A stretch of 64,000 bases of DNA from an uncultured delta proteobacterium (GTDB lineage: Bacteria > Desulfobacterota > RBG-13-43-22): positions 230,903 to 294,902 of the forward strand of contig CAVUPH010000013.1 in assembly GCA_963743305.1 (NCBI GenBank), in the 5' to 3' direction. A program made the translations under genes and the position numbers. Below, piece by piece: positions 11,489-22,361 of the stretch; positions within the stretch are counted from its first letter, which is position 1, and every line of letters begins with the position of its first letter. The notes under the pieces are model-generated. The model had not been told where the DNA came from, did no database searches, and saw only the letters and a program-made list of their open reading frames with translations.

Positions 11489-11577
11489 GGCTTTGGAATC
11501 TTCATAAGGACGTCGTTCAACTTAATCTATGGAAAACCGACAACCCCCGGCCAAGGACCTGAAAAAAGGAGGAGATC

Positions 11578-12300
11578 ATGAAGGGGAATTATCTGTGTAA
11601 GAGAATGCGGAAGGCCTTATATACAGCCCTAATCCTTTTAACCTTGGTAAGTCTAACCTTCCCGACGTCCTCGGCCCTGGCCGACGACAAGCAGGAAGCC
11701 TCCGAACTGGTGGTCAAGGCCAAGTTTATGATGGAAAGTTTCATGGCCGACAAAAACCTGGAAGCCTTTGGTGACCTCATCAAACGGGCCAAGGGGGTCT
11801 TTCTTATCCCGGATTTGCTCAAAGGGGCCTTTGTCGTCGGGGCTTCGGGGGGCAATGGCCTGCTTTTGGTGGCCGATCCGAAGACCGGGACCTGGAGCGG
11901 TCCGGCCTTTTTTACGGTCGGCGGGGCTAGCATCGGGCTCCAGATCGGCGGTTCGGCTTCCGAGACGGCCATTCTGGTCATGACCGAAAGGGGGATATCA
12001 TCCTTTTTAGCCAACAGCCTTAAGCTGGGGGCGGATGTGGGCGTGGCCGTCGGACCGATCGGTTTAGGGGCGGCGGTGGCCACCGCCAATCTCAGCGCCG
12101 ATCTTATCAGCTTTTCGCGCTCCAAAGGCCTTTACGGCGGCGTTTCTCTGGACGGCTCCGTTGTGGCCGTTCGCGAGGGCTTGAACACCGCCTTTTACAA
12201 CAGTAGAGTCACCCCGACCGATATTATCGTTCGTCGAGGGGTGAAAAACCCGGAGGCCAAGGTTCTGATCGAAGAGGTGGCCAAAGCGGCAAAAAAATAA
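11578..12300 (+). CDS. Ysc84/SYLF lipid-binding domain protein
   Basis: Signal peptide, KGAFVVGASGGNG, WSGPAF, GLQIGG, SRSKGLYGGVSLDG. Confidence 0.88.
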   Translation: MKGNYLCKRMRKALYTALILLTLVSLTFPTSSALADDKQEASELVVKAKFMMESFMADKNLEAFGDLIKRAKGVFLIPDLLKGAFVVGASGGNGLLLVADPKTGTWSGPAFFTVGGASIGLQIGGSASETAILVMTERGISSFLANSLKLGADVGVAVGPIGLGAAVATANLSADLISFSRSKGLYGGVSLDGSVVAVREGLNTAFYNSRVTPTDIIVRRGVKNPEAKVLIEEVAKAAKK

Positions 12301-12302
12301 AA

Positions 12303-14180
12303 ATGGAGGCTATTCAGGAATTTTGGGCCTTGGAACTGGGGGCCTGGCCCTTAAAGGAAGGGGTTCGATTCAAAGTCTGGGCCCCCAAAGCCTCCCGTCT
12401 CTCTTTGAAAGTCCCTGGAGAATACGAAGAAATCCCCATGACTCCAGAGGAAAGAGGATATTTTACCGCCTGGGTAGACGGCCTGGGGCCGGGAGCAAGG
12501 TATTTTTATCTTCTTCCTGGAAACCAGCCCAGACCCGATCCCGTTTCCCGGTTTCAACCCGAAGGGGTGCACGGACCTTCGGAGGTAATCGATCCGGGCG
12601 CATTTCAGTGGGAAGATCATTTTTGGAAAGGAACTCCTCTGGAGAAAATGATCCTCTACGAGATCCATACCGGGACCTTTACGGCTGAAGGGACTTTTGA
12701 GGCCGTCATCCCTTTTTTAGACTATCTCCAGCACGAGCTGGGAGTGACCACTATCGAGTTGATGCCGGTAGCCCAATTTCCGGGGGAAAGGAACTGGGGC
12801 TATGATGGAACGTTTCTCTATGCCCCGCAAAAAAGCTATGGAGGACCCTCCGGACTGAAAAACCTGATCAATGCCTGTCACCGGAAAGGTCTGGCGGTGG
12901 TCCTGGACGTGGTTTACAACCACTTAGGCCCGGAGGGCAACTACCTTAACGAATTTGGCCCATATTTCACCGATCGTTACCAAAACCCCTGGGGTGCGGC
13001 TATTAACCTGGATGGCCCGGAGAGTGATGAGGTTCGCAAGTTTATCATCGATAATGCCCTCTACTGGGTCACGGAATATCATCTGGACGGGCTTCGGATC
13101 GACGCCGTCCATGGGATCTTTGACTTCAGCGCGCGACATCTTTTGGGTGAACTCAAAGAGGCCGTTAATCGGCAGGCCCGGAAATTGGGGCGCCGAGTGG
13201 CCGTGATAGCCGAAAGCGACTTAAATGACGTCAGGATTATCAACCCCTCCTCAAAGGGAGGATATGCCCTCGACGCCCAATGGAATGATGATTTTCATCA
13301 TGCCTTACATGCCCTCCTGACCGGAGAACGAGGGAGATACTATCAAGACTTCGGCGACCTAAACCAGTTGGCCAAAGCCCTGAGCGACGGATTTGTTTAC
13401 AGCGGTCAGTATTCTTCTTTCCGCCGGAGGCCACATGGAAACCCGTCGGGTCATCTTCCTCCGGCTAAATTCATCATCTTTTCCCAGGACCATGATCAGG
13501 TGGGAAATCGCCTGCACGGGGAGCGGCTCAGCACCCTGATATCCTTTGAGGCCTTGAAACTGGCCGCCGCCATGGTACTGCTTTCTCCCCATATCCCCCT
13601 TTTGTTTATGGGGGAGGAATATGGCGAAGAAGTTCCCTTTCTCTATTTTGTCAGCTATTCCGACCCGGCCTTGATCAATGCCGTACGCCAAGGGAGAAGA
13701 AAAGAGCTTTCTGCTTTTCTGGCCGAGGGAGAACCGCCGGATCCTCAGGATGAAACAACCTTTTTGCGTTCCAAAATTCATCTCGATCTGCACCGGAGAG
13801 GACCCCATAAAATATTGTTTGAATATTATAAATCCCTGATCGTCCTTCGGAAAGAAGTCCCCGCCTTAGCGCATTTAAGTAAAAAAGGCCTGGAAATAAA
13901 GGCCGCGGCAGAAAAACTCCTATTATTCATGATCCGTCGCTATCAAGAGGTACAGGTAGCCTGCTTCTTCAATATTTCTGAAAAGCCTCAAGAAATTCAG
14001 GCCACCTTGGAACAGGGGGTTTGGCGGAAACAGCTGGATTCGTCATCGACGGAATGGAATGGTCCCGGCGGTTTAGCCCCGGCATCCATCCGATCCAGTA
14101 GCTCAGAGGTTTGTTTCGAAATGAGGCCGTCGAGCGTGGTCCTTTATCGGAATTCCAAATCCCGGCCTTCAGAAACGTAA
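12303..14180 (+). CDS. treZ: Malto-oligosyltrehalose trehalohydrolase
   Basis: GH13 motifs VWAP, SRFQPEGVHGPS, WGYDG, DVVYNHLGPEGNY, LRIDAVH, IAESD, QWNDDFHH, QDHDQVGNR. Confidence 0.95.
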   Translation: MEAIQEFWALELGAWPLKEGVRFKVWAPKASRLSLKVPGEYEEIPMTPEERGYFTAWVDGLGPGARYFYLLPGNQPRPDPVSRFQPEGVHGPSEVIDPGAFQWEDHFWKGTPLEKMILYEIHTGTFTAEGTFEAVIPFLDYLQHELGVTTIELMPVAQFPGERNWGYDGTFLYAPQKSYGGPSGLKNLINACHRKGLAVVLDVVYNHLGPEGNYLNEFGPYFTDRYQNPWGAAINLDGPESDEVRKFIIDNALYWVTEYHLDGLRIDAVHGIFDFSARHLLGELKEAVNRQARKLGRRVAVIAESDLNDVRIINPSSKGGYALDAQWNDDFHHALHALLTGERGRYYQDFGDLNQLAKALSDGFVYSGQYSSFRRRPHGNPSGHLPPAKFIIFSQDHDQVGNRLHGERLSTLISFEALKLAAAMVLLSPHIPLLFMGEEYGEEVPFLYFVSYSDPALINAVRQGRRKELSAFLAEGEPPDPQDETTFLRSKIHLDLHRRGPHKILFEYYKSLIVLRKEVPALAHLSKKGLEIKAAAEKLLLFMIRRYQEVQVACFFNISEKPQEIQATLEQGVWRKQLDSSSTEWNGPGGLAPASIRSSSSEVCFEMRPSSVVLYRNSKSRPSET

Positions 14181-14190
14181 ATCCGGTCCC

Positions 14191-17100
14191 ATGGAAAAAG
14201 AGCTTCCCCAGTCCCCTGAAACGATGAAGGAGGTATTTCAATCCGTTGTTGATCATTTAAGCGATTTCAGACGATTACCCGTCTCAACGTATCGGCTTCA
14301 ATTCAATCACCGGTTTACTTTTTCCCAGGCCAAAAGGGTCACTCCTTATCTCCACGAATTGGGGATTTCGGATGTCTACGCCTCGCCTTGTTTTTTGGCC
14401 AGGAAAGGAAGCCTTCACGGGTACGACATCCTGGACCATAATCGGCTCAATCCGGAAATCGGCACGGAGGTGGAATATCAGGAATGGGTGAAAGAATTAG
14501 AAAAATACGGGATGGGACAAATCCAGGATATCGTGCCCAATCACATGTGTATTACCGGAACTGAAAATAACTGGTGGCAGGATGTTCTGGAAAACGGACC
14601 GGGTTCTTTGTATGCCGATTATTTCGATATCGATTGGAAGCCGATCAAGAACGAATTGGCCGACAGGGTGCTGCTACCGATCCTGGGAGACCAATACGGA
14701 CGGGTCCTCGACAATCAGGCATTGGTCCTGACTTTTGAAGCCGGGGCCTTTTTTATCGCTTACGCGGACCAGAAATTACCTCTGAACCCGATTTCCTATG
14801 CCCGTATATTGAAATTAGATCTTGAGGCCTTAACCCATAAAATGGGGGCCGAGCATCCCGATATCCAAGAATTGCTCAGCATTATCACCGCCCTCGAGCA
14901 TTTGCCTCCTCAATCCGAAAAAAATCAGGAAAAGGTCCTGGAAAGACGGCGGGAAAAAGAAATCATCAAAAAACGGATTTCGGCGTTGTCTGAAGGGAAC
15001 AAGTCGTTCGGAAGTTTTATCGATCAAAACGTCAGGGCCTGTAACGGACAAATGGGGATTTCGACGAGCTTTGATTTTCTGGACGGACTGCTTAATGACC
15101 AGGCCTATCGTCTCTCCCATTGGCGGGTGGCCACCGAAGAGATCAATTATCGCCGTTTTTTCGATATTAATGAGCTGTCCGGCCTGCGCGTGGAACGTCT
15201 CCCGGTTTTTCTGGAAACCCATAAGCTGATTTTCAAACTCATCCGGGAGGGGAAAGTCAGCGGTTTACGGGTGGACCATCCTGACGGGCTTTATAATCCG
15301 GCGGAATACTTTTACCGGTTACAAAGGGCCTGCTTTATTCAATCCGGCTTGCGGATGGCCGAACAGGTTATAACCAAGGCCGATCAGCCCTCCTGGAACG
15401 ATGAGGAACTCGGGAAAGAACTGGGACGATGGTATGATGAACAGATAAATAAAGATCCGGCCTTTTCCTTGCGATCCGCTTTTTATGTCATCGGAGAAAA
15501 GATATTGATTAAAAATGAACGGATGCCCGAGGATTGGCCGATCTTCGGCTCGGTCGGATATGATTTTTTAAACTCGGCCAACGGCATCTTTGTCGACACG
15601 GAAAAGGCCAAGGTCTTCGAGGCCGTTTACGGCCGATTCGTCGGAAGTCCGATGAATTTTTCCGAATTGGTTTATGAAAAAAAGAAGTTGATCATGCAGG
15701 TCGCCATGTCGGCTGAAATCAACATGCTCGGTCACACCCTCGAACGACTGGCCGAAAAAAATCGCTATACCAGAGATTTTACCCTCAACAGTCTCAAGAC
15801 GGCCATCGTGGAGGTCATCGCCTGTTTTCCCGTCTATCGAACTTACGTCAATCATTGCCAGGTGCTGGAAAGAGATCGGCACTATATCGAACAGGCCGTG
15901 GCCAGGGCCCGACGAAGGAACCCGGCCTTGAGCGCCTTGATCTTCGACTTTTTGGAAAGAATCCTTTTATTCCGCTACCCGGATGAATTCGGCGAAGAGG
16001 GAAAAATGGAATGGCTGAATTTTGCCATGAGATTCCAGCAATTCACCGGTCCGATTATGGCCAAAGGCCTGGAGGATACAGTCTTTTATGTCTATAACCG
16101 TTTGATATCCCTCAATGAAGTCGGCGGCCACCCGGAGAATTTCGGCACCTCCCTGGAGGCCTTTCATGGCCGGAATATCGAAAAAACCAAATCCTGGACC
16201 TACAGCCTCAACGCTTCTTCCACCCATGATACCAAGCGCAGCGAGGACGTCCGGGCGCGAATCAACGTTCTCTCGGAAATGCCCAACGAATGGAAAAATT
16301 GCCTGATTCGTTGGGGTCGCTTGAATAAGAAAAAGAAAATTCTAATCGACGGCCAATGGGCCCCTGATCCGAATGAAGAATATTTTCTCTATCAGACCCT
16401 TTTAGGGGCCTGGCCTTTACCCCCGGAGCATAAACCGGATCGTCCCTTCATCGAAAGAGTCGCCTCCTCCCTGCTGAAAACTTTACCCATCCATCCGGAG
16501 GATGAAACCGATCCGGCCATTTTTGTCCGAAGAATAAAAGAATATATGGTCAAAGCCATCCGGGAGGCCAAGATCCATAGCAGTTGGATCAGTCCCGATT
16601 CGGCTTATGAAGAGGCCGTGCTGCACTTTATCGACGGCCTTTTGTCCTCTCCCCCGGACAATGCCTTCCTGAAGGATTTTGAGACCTTTCAGAAGGACAT
16701 TGCCTATTGGGGGATGCTTAATTCCCTTTTCCAAACCCTACTGAAGATTGCCTCTCCGGGTATCCCGGATTTCTATCAGGGCACGGAATTATGGGATTTC
16801 AGCCTGGCTGATCCCGATAATCGCCGGCCCGTCGATTTCAAAACCCGTCAGGAGTTGTTGAAAAAACTGAAAAAACAAGTGGTGACCGGGCGGAAGGACC
16901 TGACCGGACTGGTCGAAGAACTTCTCAGAAATTGGAAGGACGGCCGAATTAAACTTTTTGTCATCTTTCAAGCCCTGACTTATCGTCAGGAAAATCGTTT
17001 CCTCTTTGCCGAGGGTTTCTATCTGCCCTTGAAAGCAGAAGGGAAACTTAATAAAAACATTTGCGCCTTCGCCCGGCAGAAAGAGGGCAATACCGTTTTG

Positions 17101-17331
17101 GTCATCGTGCCCCGCTTATTGGCCGGACTGGGATTAAGCCCGGGCGCCCCGCCGCTGGGAAAAGTCTGGGAGGATTCCGGGCTGTTCATTCCCGAGGAAA
17201 TAGCCGGGAATCATTTTCACAATATCTTTACCGGGGAAACCGCTCAGGTGGTGGAACGGGAAGGAAGAAGGACCCTGCCCCTCGAAAAGGTCTTCGCCGT
17301 TTTCCCCCTGGCCCTGCTGACCTCCTTCTGA
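14191..17331 (+). CDS. treY: Malto-oligosyltrehalose synthase
   Basis: STYRLQF, GSLHGYD, DIVPNHM, INYRRFFDIN, LRVDHPDGL, GEKIL, STHDTKRSEDVRAR, DPDNRRPVDF. Confidence 0.95.
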   Translation: MEKELPQSPETMKEVFQSVVDHLSDFRRLPVSTYRLQFNHRFTFSQAKRVTPYLHELGISDVYASPCFLARKGSLHGYDILDHNRLNPEIGTEVEYQEWVKELEKYGMGQIQDIVPNHMCITGTENNWWQDVLENGPGSLYADYFDIDWKPIKNELADRVLLPILGDQYGRVLDNQALVLTFEAGAFFIAYADQKLPLNPISYARILKLDLEALTHKMGAEHPDIQELLSIITALEHLPPQSEKNQEKVLERRREKEIIKKRISALSEGNKSFGSFIDQNVRACNGQMGISTSFDFLDGLLNDQAYRLSHWRVATEEINYRRFFDINELSGLRVERLPVFLETHKLIFKLIREGKVSGLRVDHPDGLYNPAEYFYRLQRACFIQSGLRMAEQVITKADQPSWNDEELGKELGRWYDEQINKDPAFSLRSAFYVIGEKILIKNERMPEDWPIFGSVGYDFLNSANGIFVDTEKAKVFEAVYGRFVGSPMNFSELVYEKKKLIMQVAMSAEINMLGHTLERLAEKNRYTRDFTLNSLKTAIVEVIACFPVYRTYVNHCQVLERDRHYIEQAVARARRRNPALSALIFDFLERILLFRYPDEFGEEGKMEWLNFAMRFQQFTGPIMAKGLEDTVFYVYNRLISLNEVGGHPENFGTSLEAFHGRNIEKTKSWTYSLNASSTHDTKRSEDVRARINVLSEMPNEWKNCLIRWGRLNKKKKILIDGQWAPDPNEEYFLYQTLLGAWPLPPEHKPDRPFIERVASSLLKTLPIHPEDETDPAIFVRRIKEYMVKAIREAKIHSSWISPDSAYEEAVLHFIDGLLSSPPDNAFLKDFETFQKDIAYWGMLNSLFQTLLKIASPGIPDFYQGTELWDFSLADPDNRRPVDFKTRQELLKKLKKQVVTGRKDLTGLVEELLRNWKDGRIKLFVIFQALTYRQENRFLFAEGFYLPLKAEGKLNKNICAFARQKEGNTVLVIVPRLLAGLGLSPGAPPLGKVWEDSGLFIPEEIAGNHFHNIFTGETAQVVEREGRRTLPLEKVFAVFPLALLTSF

Positions 17332-17365
17332 GGTTTCCATCGACTGGTCTGGAAAAAGGAGCGAA

Positions 17366-18055
17366 ATGAAAATGAATCCAAAAAGAGCCGAAAACCCCTT
17401 TGCTTTTACCGGCTGCTGGGAGCTGAAAGGCATGCTGGGCCGTACGGCCTGGGATGAACGACAGCTACTGGAAATCATCGAGGAGATCCCCCTCGACTCC
17501 GTCTATTATCACACCCACAGTTTTTTCCTCCGCCACCAATATATTGCCGGCCCCTATCCCAACGATTTTGCCACCTGGGCGGCGATTCAGCTCCGGGACC
17601 ACGCCCTGGGAGAAAAACTGGGAATTCTCGATCCTTTCGATTATGACAATCTGGAATCCCTGAGAGCCGAGATCGTCAATATTGTCGATAATCATTTGTC
17701 CCGGTTGCCGATTATCCCCCGAATCATTTACGGTGAACCTTTTTATTTCATGCAATCGCGGATCATTACCCTCCCCACGGGACTGGAAGCCCATGATCTG
17801 GCTGAATTCTGCAAAATCTTATCCTCGACCGATTCCAGTGTGGTCTACTTTCATACCTTCGAGGCTATGCTGCGTCTCGGACGCCGGGAAGGCGACTTCC
17901 CCCTTTGGATCAAAAGCCAATTAGGGGAGACCGAATTGGCCTCGGCCATTTCCCGGCTTGATTTGTATATGTCTAACCTCGAATTCATTCGAAAGCAGAT
18001 CATCACCCTGTGCGGTACCGTCCTGGAAAAGGAGGGAATGAATGAACCGTCTTGA
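17366..18055 (+). CDS. DUF5752-family protein
   Basis: Two internal repeats (PFxF...SVYYH...NDFATW / PFYF...SVVYFH...DFPLW); overlaps the start of treT. Confidence 0.7.
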   Translation: MKMNPKRAENPFAFTGCWELKGMLGRTAWDERQLLEIIEEIPLDSVYYHTHSFFLRHQYIAGPYPNDFATWAAIQLRDHALGEKLGILDPFDYDNLESLRAEIVNIVDNHLSRLPIIPRIIYGEPFYFMQSRIITLPTGLEAHDLAEFCKILSSTDSSVVYFHTFEAMLRLGRREGDFPLWIKSQLGETELASAISRLDLYMSNLEFIRKQIITLCGTVLEKEGMNEPS

Positions 18056-19247
18056 GGACTATAAAGAAGTGGTCCCCAAAGGGACCGTGGAGTTCCTGAT
18101 GCTTCTGGCTGAAAAAGTCCAGGGGAAAAAAATTCTGGAAATCAATTCCACTCGGGTGGGCGGAGGGGTGGCCGAGATTCTCCGCAGCCTGGTGCCCCTG
18201 TTTCGAGAGATCGGCCTGGAGTGCCGCTGGGAGGTCATCTCCGGGACCGAGGAATTCTTCAATGTGACCAAATCGTTTCACAATGCCCTCCAGGGCTGGG
18301 AGCAAAACATCTCTCCCCAGATGCTCCAGACCTATCTGGAGATCAATCGGGAGAATGCCGTCCGTCTTTCCTGTGACGCGGATTATGTGGTCATCCATGA
18401 CCCCCAGCCTGCGGCCCTGATCGATAACCGGCCAGCGGCGGGCAAATGGATCTGGCGCTGCCATATCGATATTTCCCGCCCCCAGTCGAAGGTCTGGAAT
18501 TTTTTACGACAATTCGTCGTCAAATACGACACGGCCATTTTCTCTTTGCCCAGCTTTGCCCGCAAACTGCCTATCCCCCAGTTTCTCATTTATCCTTCCA
18601 TTGATCCTTTGAGCGAAAAAAACCGGGAACTTGATCCTGAGGAACAGGCCCAACTCCTGCAAAAAATGGGCATCTTGCTGGATAAACCCATCCTGTTGCA
18701 GGTCTCCCGTTTTGACCGGTTCAAGGACCCCTTGGGGGTGATTCAGGCCTACCGGCTGGTGAAGAAACATCATGATGTGCGATTGATCCTGGCCGGGGGG
18801 AGCGCCACGGATGACCCCGAAGGAGAGATGGTTCTCTCGGAGGTTCGGGAAGCCGCCCGGAATGATCCGGATATTCTGATTCTTTTACTGCCTCCGGATG
18901 CCCATCTGGAGATCAATGCCCTGCAGCGGGCGGCGACGATTGTCCTGCAGAAGTCATTGCGCGAAGGGTTTGGTCTGACGGTGACTGAGGCCATGTGGAA
19001 GGGCAAGCCGGTTATCGGCGGTTTTGCCGGCGGGATCACGGTCCAGCTCGTTTACGGCGTCACCGGATTCACGGTCTATTCCGTAGAGGGGGCCGCTCTT
19101 CGCATCCATTACCTATTGGACAATCCCGAATTAATGACCAGGATAGGCCAGGATGCCAGGGAATATGTGCGACGGAATTTTTTGATTACCCGCAATTTAG
19201 GTAATTATCTGGCCCTGATGGCTTATCTGGACCAGCAATCCATGTAA
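18042..19247 (+). CDS. treT: Trehalose synthase TreT-like GT4 glycosyltransferase
   Basis: INSTRVGGGVAEIL, TKSFHNALQG, IHDPQP, WRCHID, SRFDRFKDP, QKSLREGFGLTVTEAMWK. Confidence 0.88.
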   Translation: MNRLEDYKEVVPKGTVEFLMLLAEKVQGKKILEINSTRVGGGVAEILRSLVPLFREIGLECRWEVISGTEEFFNVTKSFHNALQGWEQNISPQMLQTYLEINRENAVRLSCDADYVVIHDPQPAALIDNRPAAGKWIWRCHIDISRPQSKVWNFLRQFVVKYDTAIFSLPSFARKLPIPQFLIYPSIDPLSEKNRELDPEEQAQLLQKMGILLDKPILLQVSRFDRFKDPLGVIQAYRLVKKHHDVRLILAGGSATDDPEGEMVLSEVREAARNDPDILILLLPPDAHLEINALQRAATIVLQKSLREGFGLTVTEAMWKGKPVIGGFAGGITVQLVYGVTGFTVYSVEGAALRIHYLLDNPELMTRIGQDAREYVRRNFLITRNLGNYLALMAYLDQQSM

Positions 19248-19432
19248 CCGGGATCCTTTTTCATCGGCGCCTGCGGGGACCGGTCTCGATGAGACCTCCA
19301 AGGGTCCGGGGGCACCTAAGCAACCACCCGACCAGGTCCCGGCCTGTGCGGAAAACACCTGAGGCTGGAAAACCGGTCCGGTCGGGCCGCGAGCCGGGAT
19401 GGCTTTCAAATGGGAAGATTGATTCTGACTGA

Positions 19433-19831
19433 TTATTCCAAATTATTTGTCTTAAAAGCTGTGGTATCAGAATAATAAAGTATGGTGCCGTTCCAGCCCA
19501 CGGCGAAGACATCGTTTCCAGAACTCCCCCAGATGCCATAAAGGTTTTCAGTTGTTCCGCTGGTCATGGGGGACCAGGCGCTGCCGTTGTAATGGAGGAT
19601 GGTGCCGTACCCGCTCACAGCGAAGACATTTGTTCCTGAATTTCCCCAAATACCTCTCAAGGAATTCCCTTGGGGTAATGGATTTTGCCACTTCCATTCC
19701 CCGCCCGCTGGTGGAATAGTATGGCTATCTTTGAGGATCAACGGGAGGTACACCGGGGAGTCGCCTTGTACGATAGAATCAGAAAAAGGCGCCAGGATTA
19801 AAAATAGGAGAAAGAAGACCTTCTTTTTCAT
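19433..19831 (-). CDS. Short secreted beta-propeller-repeat protein with VYLPLILK motif right after the signal peptide
   Basis: Signal peptide, then WQNPLPQGNSLRGIWG..NVFAV...GTILHY repeated twice. Only two blades, so possibly truncated. Confidence 0.7.
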   Translation of the reverse strand: MKKKVFFLLFLILAPFSDSIVQGDSPVYLPLILKDSHTIPPAGGEWKWQNPLPQGNSLRGIWGNSGTNVFAVSGYGTILHYNGSAWSPMTSGTTENLYGIWGSSGNDVFAVGWNGTILYYSDTTAFKTNNLE

Positions 19832-20036
19832 TATTCTCCCCCATGCAAAACCTAATCAATGGTTAGACAAGAATTTCTAATAATAAGATGAGGGGAAGTA
19901 TAAAATAAGCCAAATGAAGGGGCAAGTAGAAAAAATAAGAGGAGGGGAAAACGGCTCTTAACAGCCAATGATCACGTCGCCCTGGCCTGCAGCACACGGT
20001 GCTGTGGCGGTGGAGCACGGCGACATCTTTTCTAGG

Positions 20037-20070
20037 GGGAAGGGAACGGAATGGTGGCCGTTCCCTTCCC
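20037..20070. terminator. Strong hairpin downstream of the YWTD-like gene
   Basis: GGGAAGGGAACGG-N8-CCGTTCCCTTCCC, a 13-bp perfect stem with no clear U tract on the minus strand. Confidence 0.55.
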
Positions 20071-20077
20071 TGTCATG

Positions 20078-22283
20078 TCAGCGGAGCAGCAGCGGCAAGT
20101 ACAGCAGATTGCGGAGGTCGAGCGCGATAGCCCAGGGGTCGCCCAAAGACCCATTCAAGTTGCCGAGATCAACGCCACCCGACCCGTCCAGGTTGGCCCG
20201 CACGATCTTGCGGTTCAGGCGGCTGGTGATATACATCTGGTCATGGGCTAAGTCCAGTGCGATGCCAACAGGGTTACTGAGGAAACCGCCCGGGTTGCCG
20301 AGGTCGGTGCCACCCGACCCGTCCAGGTTGGCCCGCACGATCTTCTGGTTGCCGGAACTCGCGATATACATTTTGCCGCCCGTCAAGTCGAGCGCGAGAT
20401 AATTGGGTTCGTTGAGGAAACCGCCGGGGTTGCCGAGGTCGGTGGCGCCCGTGCCGTCCAGATTGGCCCGCACGATCTTGTGGTTCGCACGGCTGACGAT
20501 ATACATCTGGTTATGGGCCAAGTCCAGCGCGATGCCGATCGGGTTGAGGAGGAAACCGCCGGGGTTGCCGAGGTCGACGGCGCCCGACCCGTCCAGATTC
20601 GCCCGCACGATCTTGTGGTTAAAAAAGTTTGCCACATACATCTTGCCGCCTGCCAGGTCGAGGGCCACGTCTGCGGGAAGATTCAGAAATCCACCCGGGT
20701 TGCCGAGGTCGGTTGGGCTGCTGCCGTCCAGGTTGACCTGTACGATCTTGTGGTTGATAGAGCTCGCCACATACATCCTGCCGTTCGCCAGATCCAGCGT
20801 GACGCCGGCCGGCTCATTGAGCAAGCCGCCAGGATTTCCCAAGCTGGCGCCGTTGGTGCCGTCCAGGTTAGCCCGGCTTAGGTTGCCTCCTATGGTAAGG
20901 TTGGTGACGTACAGCTGACGCCCGTAGATCGGCACATTGACGCTGACGGTATTGGTGCAATCGTTGTTGCTTTCGTTGCTCTCGGCTACCCGGTTGTCGG
21001 GGTCGGCGCGGCAGACGCCGCCGGTCGGATTAATCAGTGTCCCCGTCGCATTCGGCCTAACGTTGAACAACACGTCGAACCTGCCGGAAGAGGCGTTTAA
21101 GGTGACGGTTCCACCGGTTCGGTGCAGGTGAGCTCATTGGCGGCAAGGCTGCAATGGATGTTTCCGCTGTTGGTGACATTGTTGGTGCTTGTCACTGTTG
21201 GCGTGCCATAGGTCGCTCCGGCGGGCAGGTTGTCCCGCACCAGTACCTGGCCGCTGAAAAAGGACGCGGGCGCAGTGCCGGTGTTGACCACCAGGAGCGT
21301 CCAGTTGAAATCGCCGCCGCTGGGCAGGCCGCCGCCGATAGTGTTCGTCATGGTCGCTTTAGGTCCGGTGCCAGGTCCAGTGCGATGCCAACTGGGGCAT
21401 TGAGGAATCCGCCCGGGTTGCCAAGGTCGGTCCCGCCCGTCCCATTCAGGTTCGCCCGCACAATGCGATTAGTGTTCGTGACATACATCTTGCCATTTGC
21501 CAGGTCGAGGGCAATGCCGCGAGAGTTGTTGAGGAATCCGCCGGGGTTGCCGAGATCCTGTGGGCTGCTGCCGTCCAAGTTCGCCCGCACGATCTTCTGG
21601 TTACCAATACTTGTGACATACATTTTGCCGTTTGGGAGGTCCAGCGCGATGGCATATGGGCTATTGAGGAATCCGCCGAGGTTGCCGAGGTCCTGCGGGT
21701 CGCTGCCGTCCAGGTTCGCCCGCGCGATCTTGTTGTCAGAGAAGTTCACGACATACATTTTGCCATTGGCGAGGTCCAGTGCGATGCCAACTGGGCTACT
21801 GAAGAATCCGCCGGGGTTGCCGAGGTCCTGCGGGCTGCTGCCGTCCAGGTTCGCCCGCACGATCTTTTTATTTCCTAAGCTGGTCACATACATCTTGCCG
21901 CCTGCCGAGGTCCAGCGCGATACCAACCGGGCTACTGAGGAATCCGCCAAGATTGCCGAGGTCCTGCGGGCTACTGCCGTCCAGGTTCGCCCGCACGATC
22001 TTGCTGCCAGTAGCTCACCACATACATCTTGCCGCCTGCCAGGTCCAGCGCGATGCCTTGAGCATCAGAGAGTAGGCCGCCCGGGTTGCCGAGATCGGTG
22101 CCCCCCGCGCCGGTCAAGTCCGCGCGGATGATCTTGCTGTTATTGAAATTTGCAATATACATCTGGGCGGCAAAAAGAGGCGTCACCGATGCGATCCAGG
22201 CGAGGAACGCCAAGGCGGTCAGCAGGGTAATCCGGAGCTTTCCGCAGGCCCGGAAGAGTTAGAAAAGCATTCGATGTGATCAT
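20078..22283 (-). pseudogene. Secreted protein: two YWTD/LDLR-B-like propellers around a DUF11/CARDB-like Ig domain; frameshifted; C-terminal LYLPLLLR
   Basis: About 44-aa repeats GIALDLANGKMYV...KIVRANLDGS...DLGNPGGFL in ORFs 21971-22213, 21348-21950 and 20078-21073. Middle segment WTLLVVNTG...DNLPAG...VAESNESNN. ATG at 22283 with GGAGG. Confidence 0.8.
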
Positions 22284-22361
22284 GGGGATCCTCCCTTCGG
22301 AATAACTGGTTGGGTTATCTGTTCACCCGAGGCCTCTTAAAACATCCTATCCCACTCCAGG

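Noticed and set aside
17015-17040. FYLPLKAE in TreY as another motif instance
   Set aside because: Cytoplasmic enzyme, and the hydrophobic positions after LPL are not matched; chance similarity.
20078-22100. Regular ~132-bp repeats as CRISPR or a DGR template/variable pair
   Set aside because: They are in-frame coding repeats with codon-position variation, and no reverse transcriptase is in the window.
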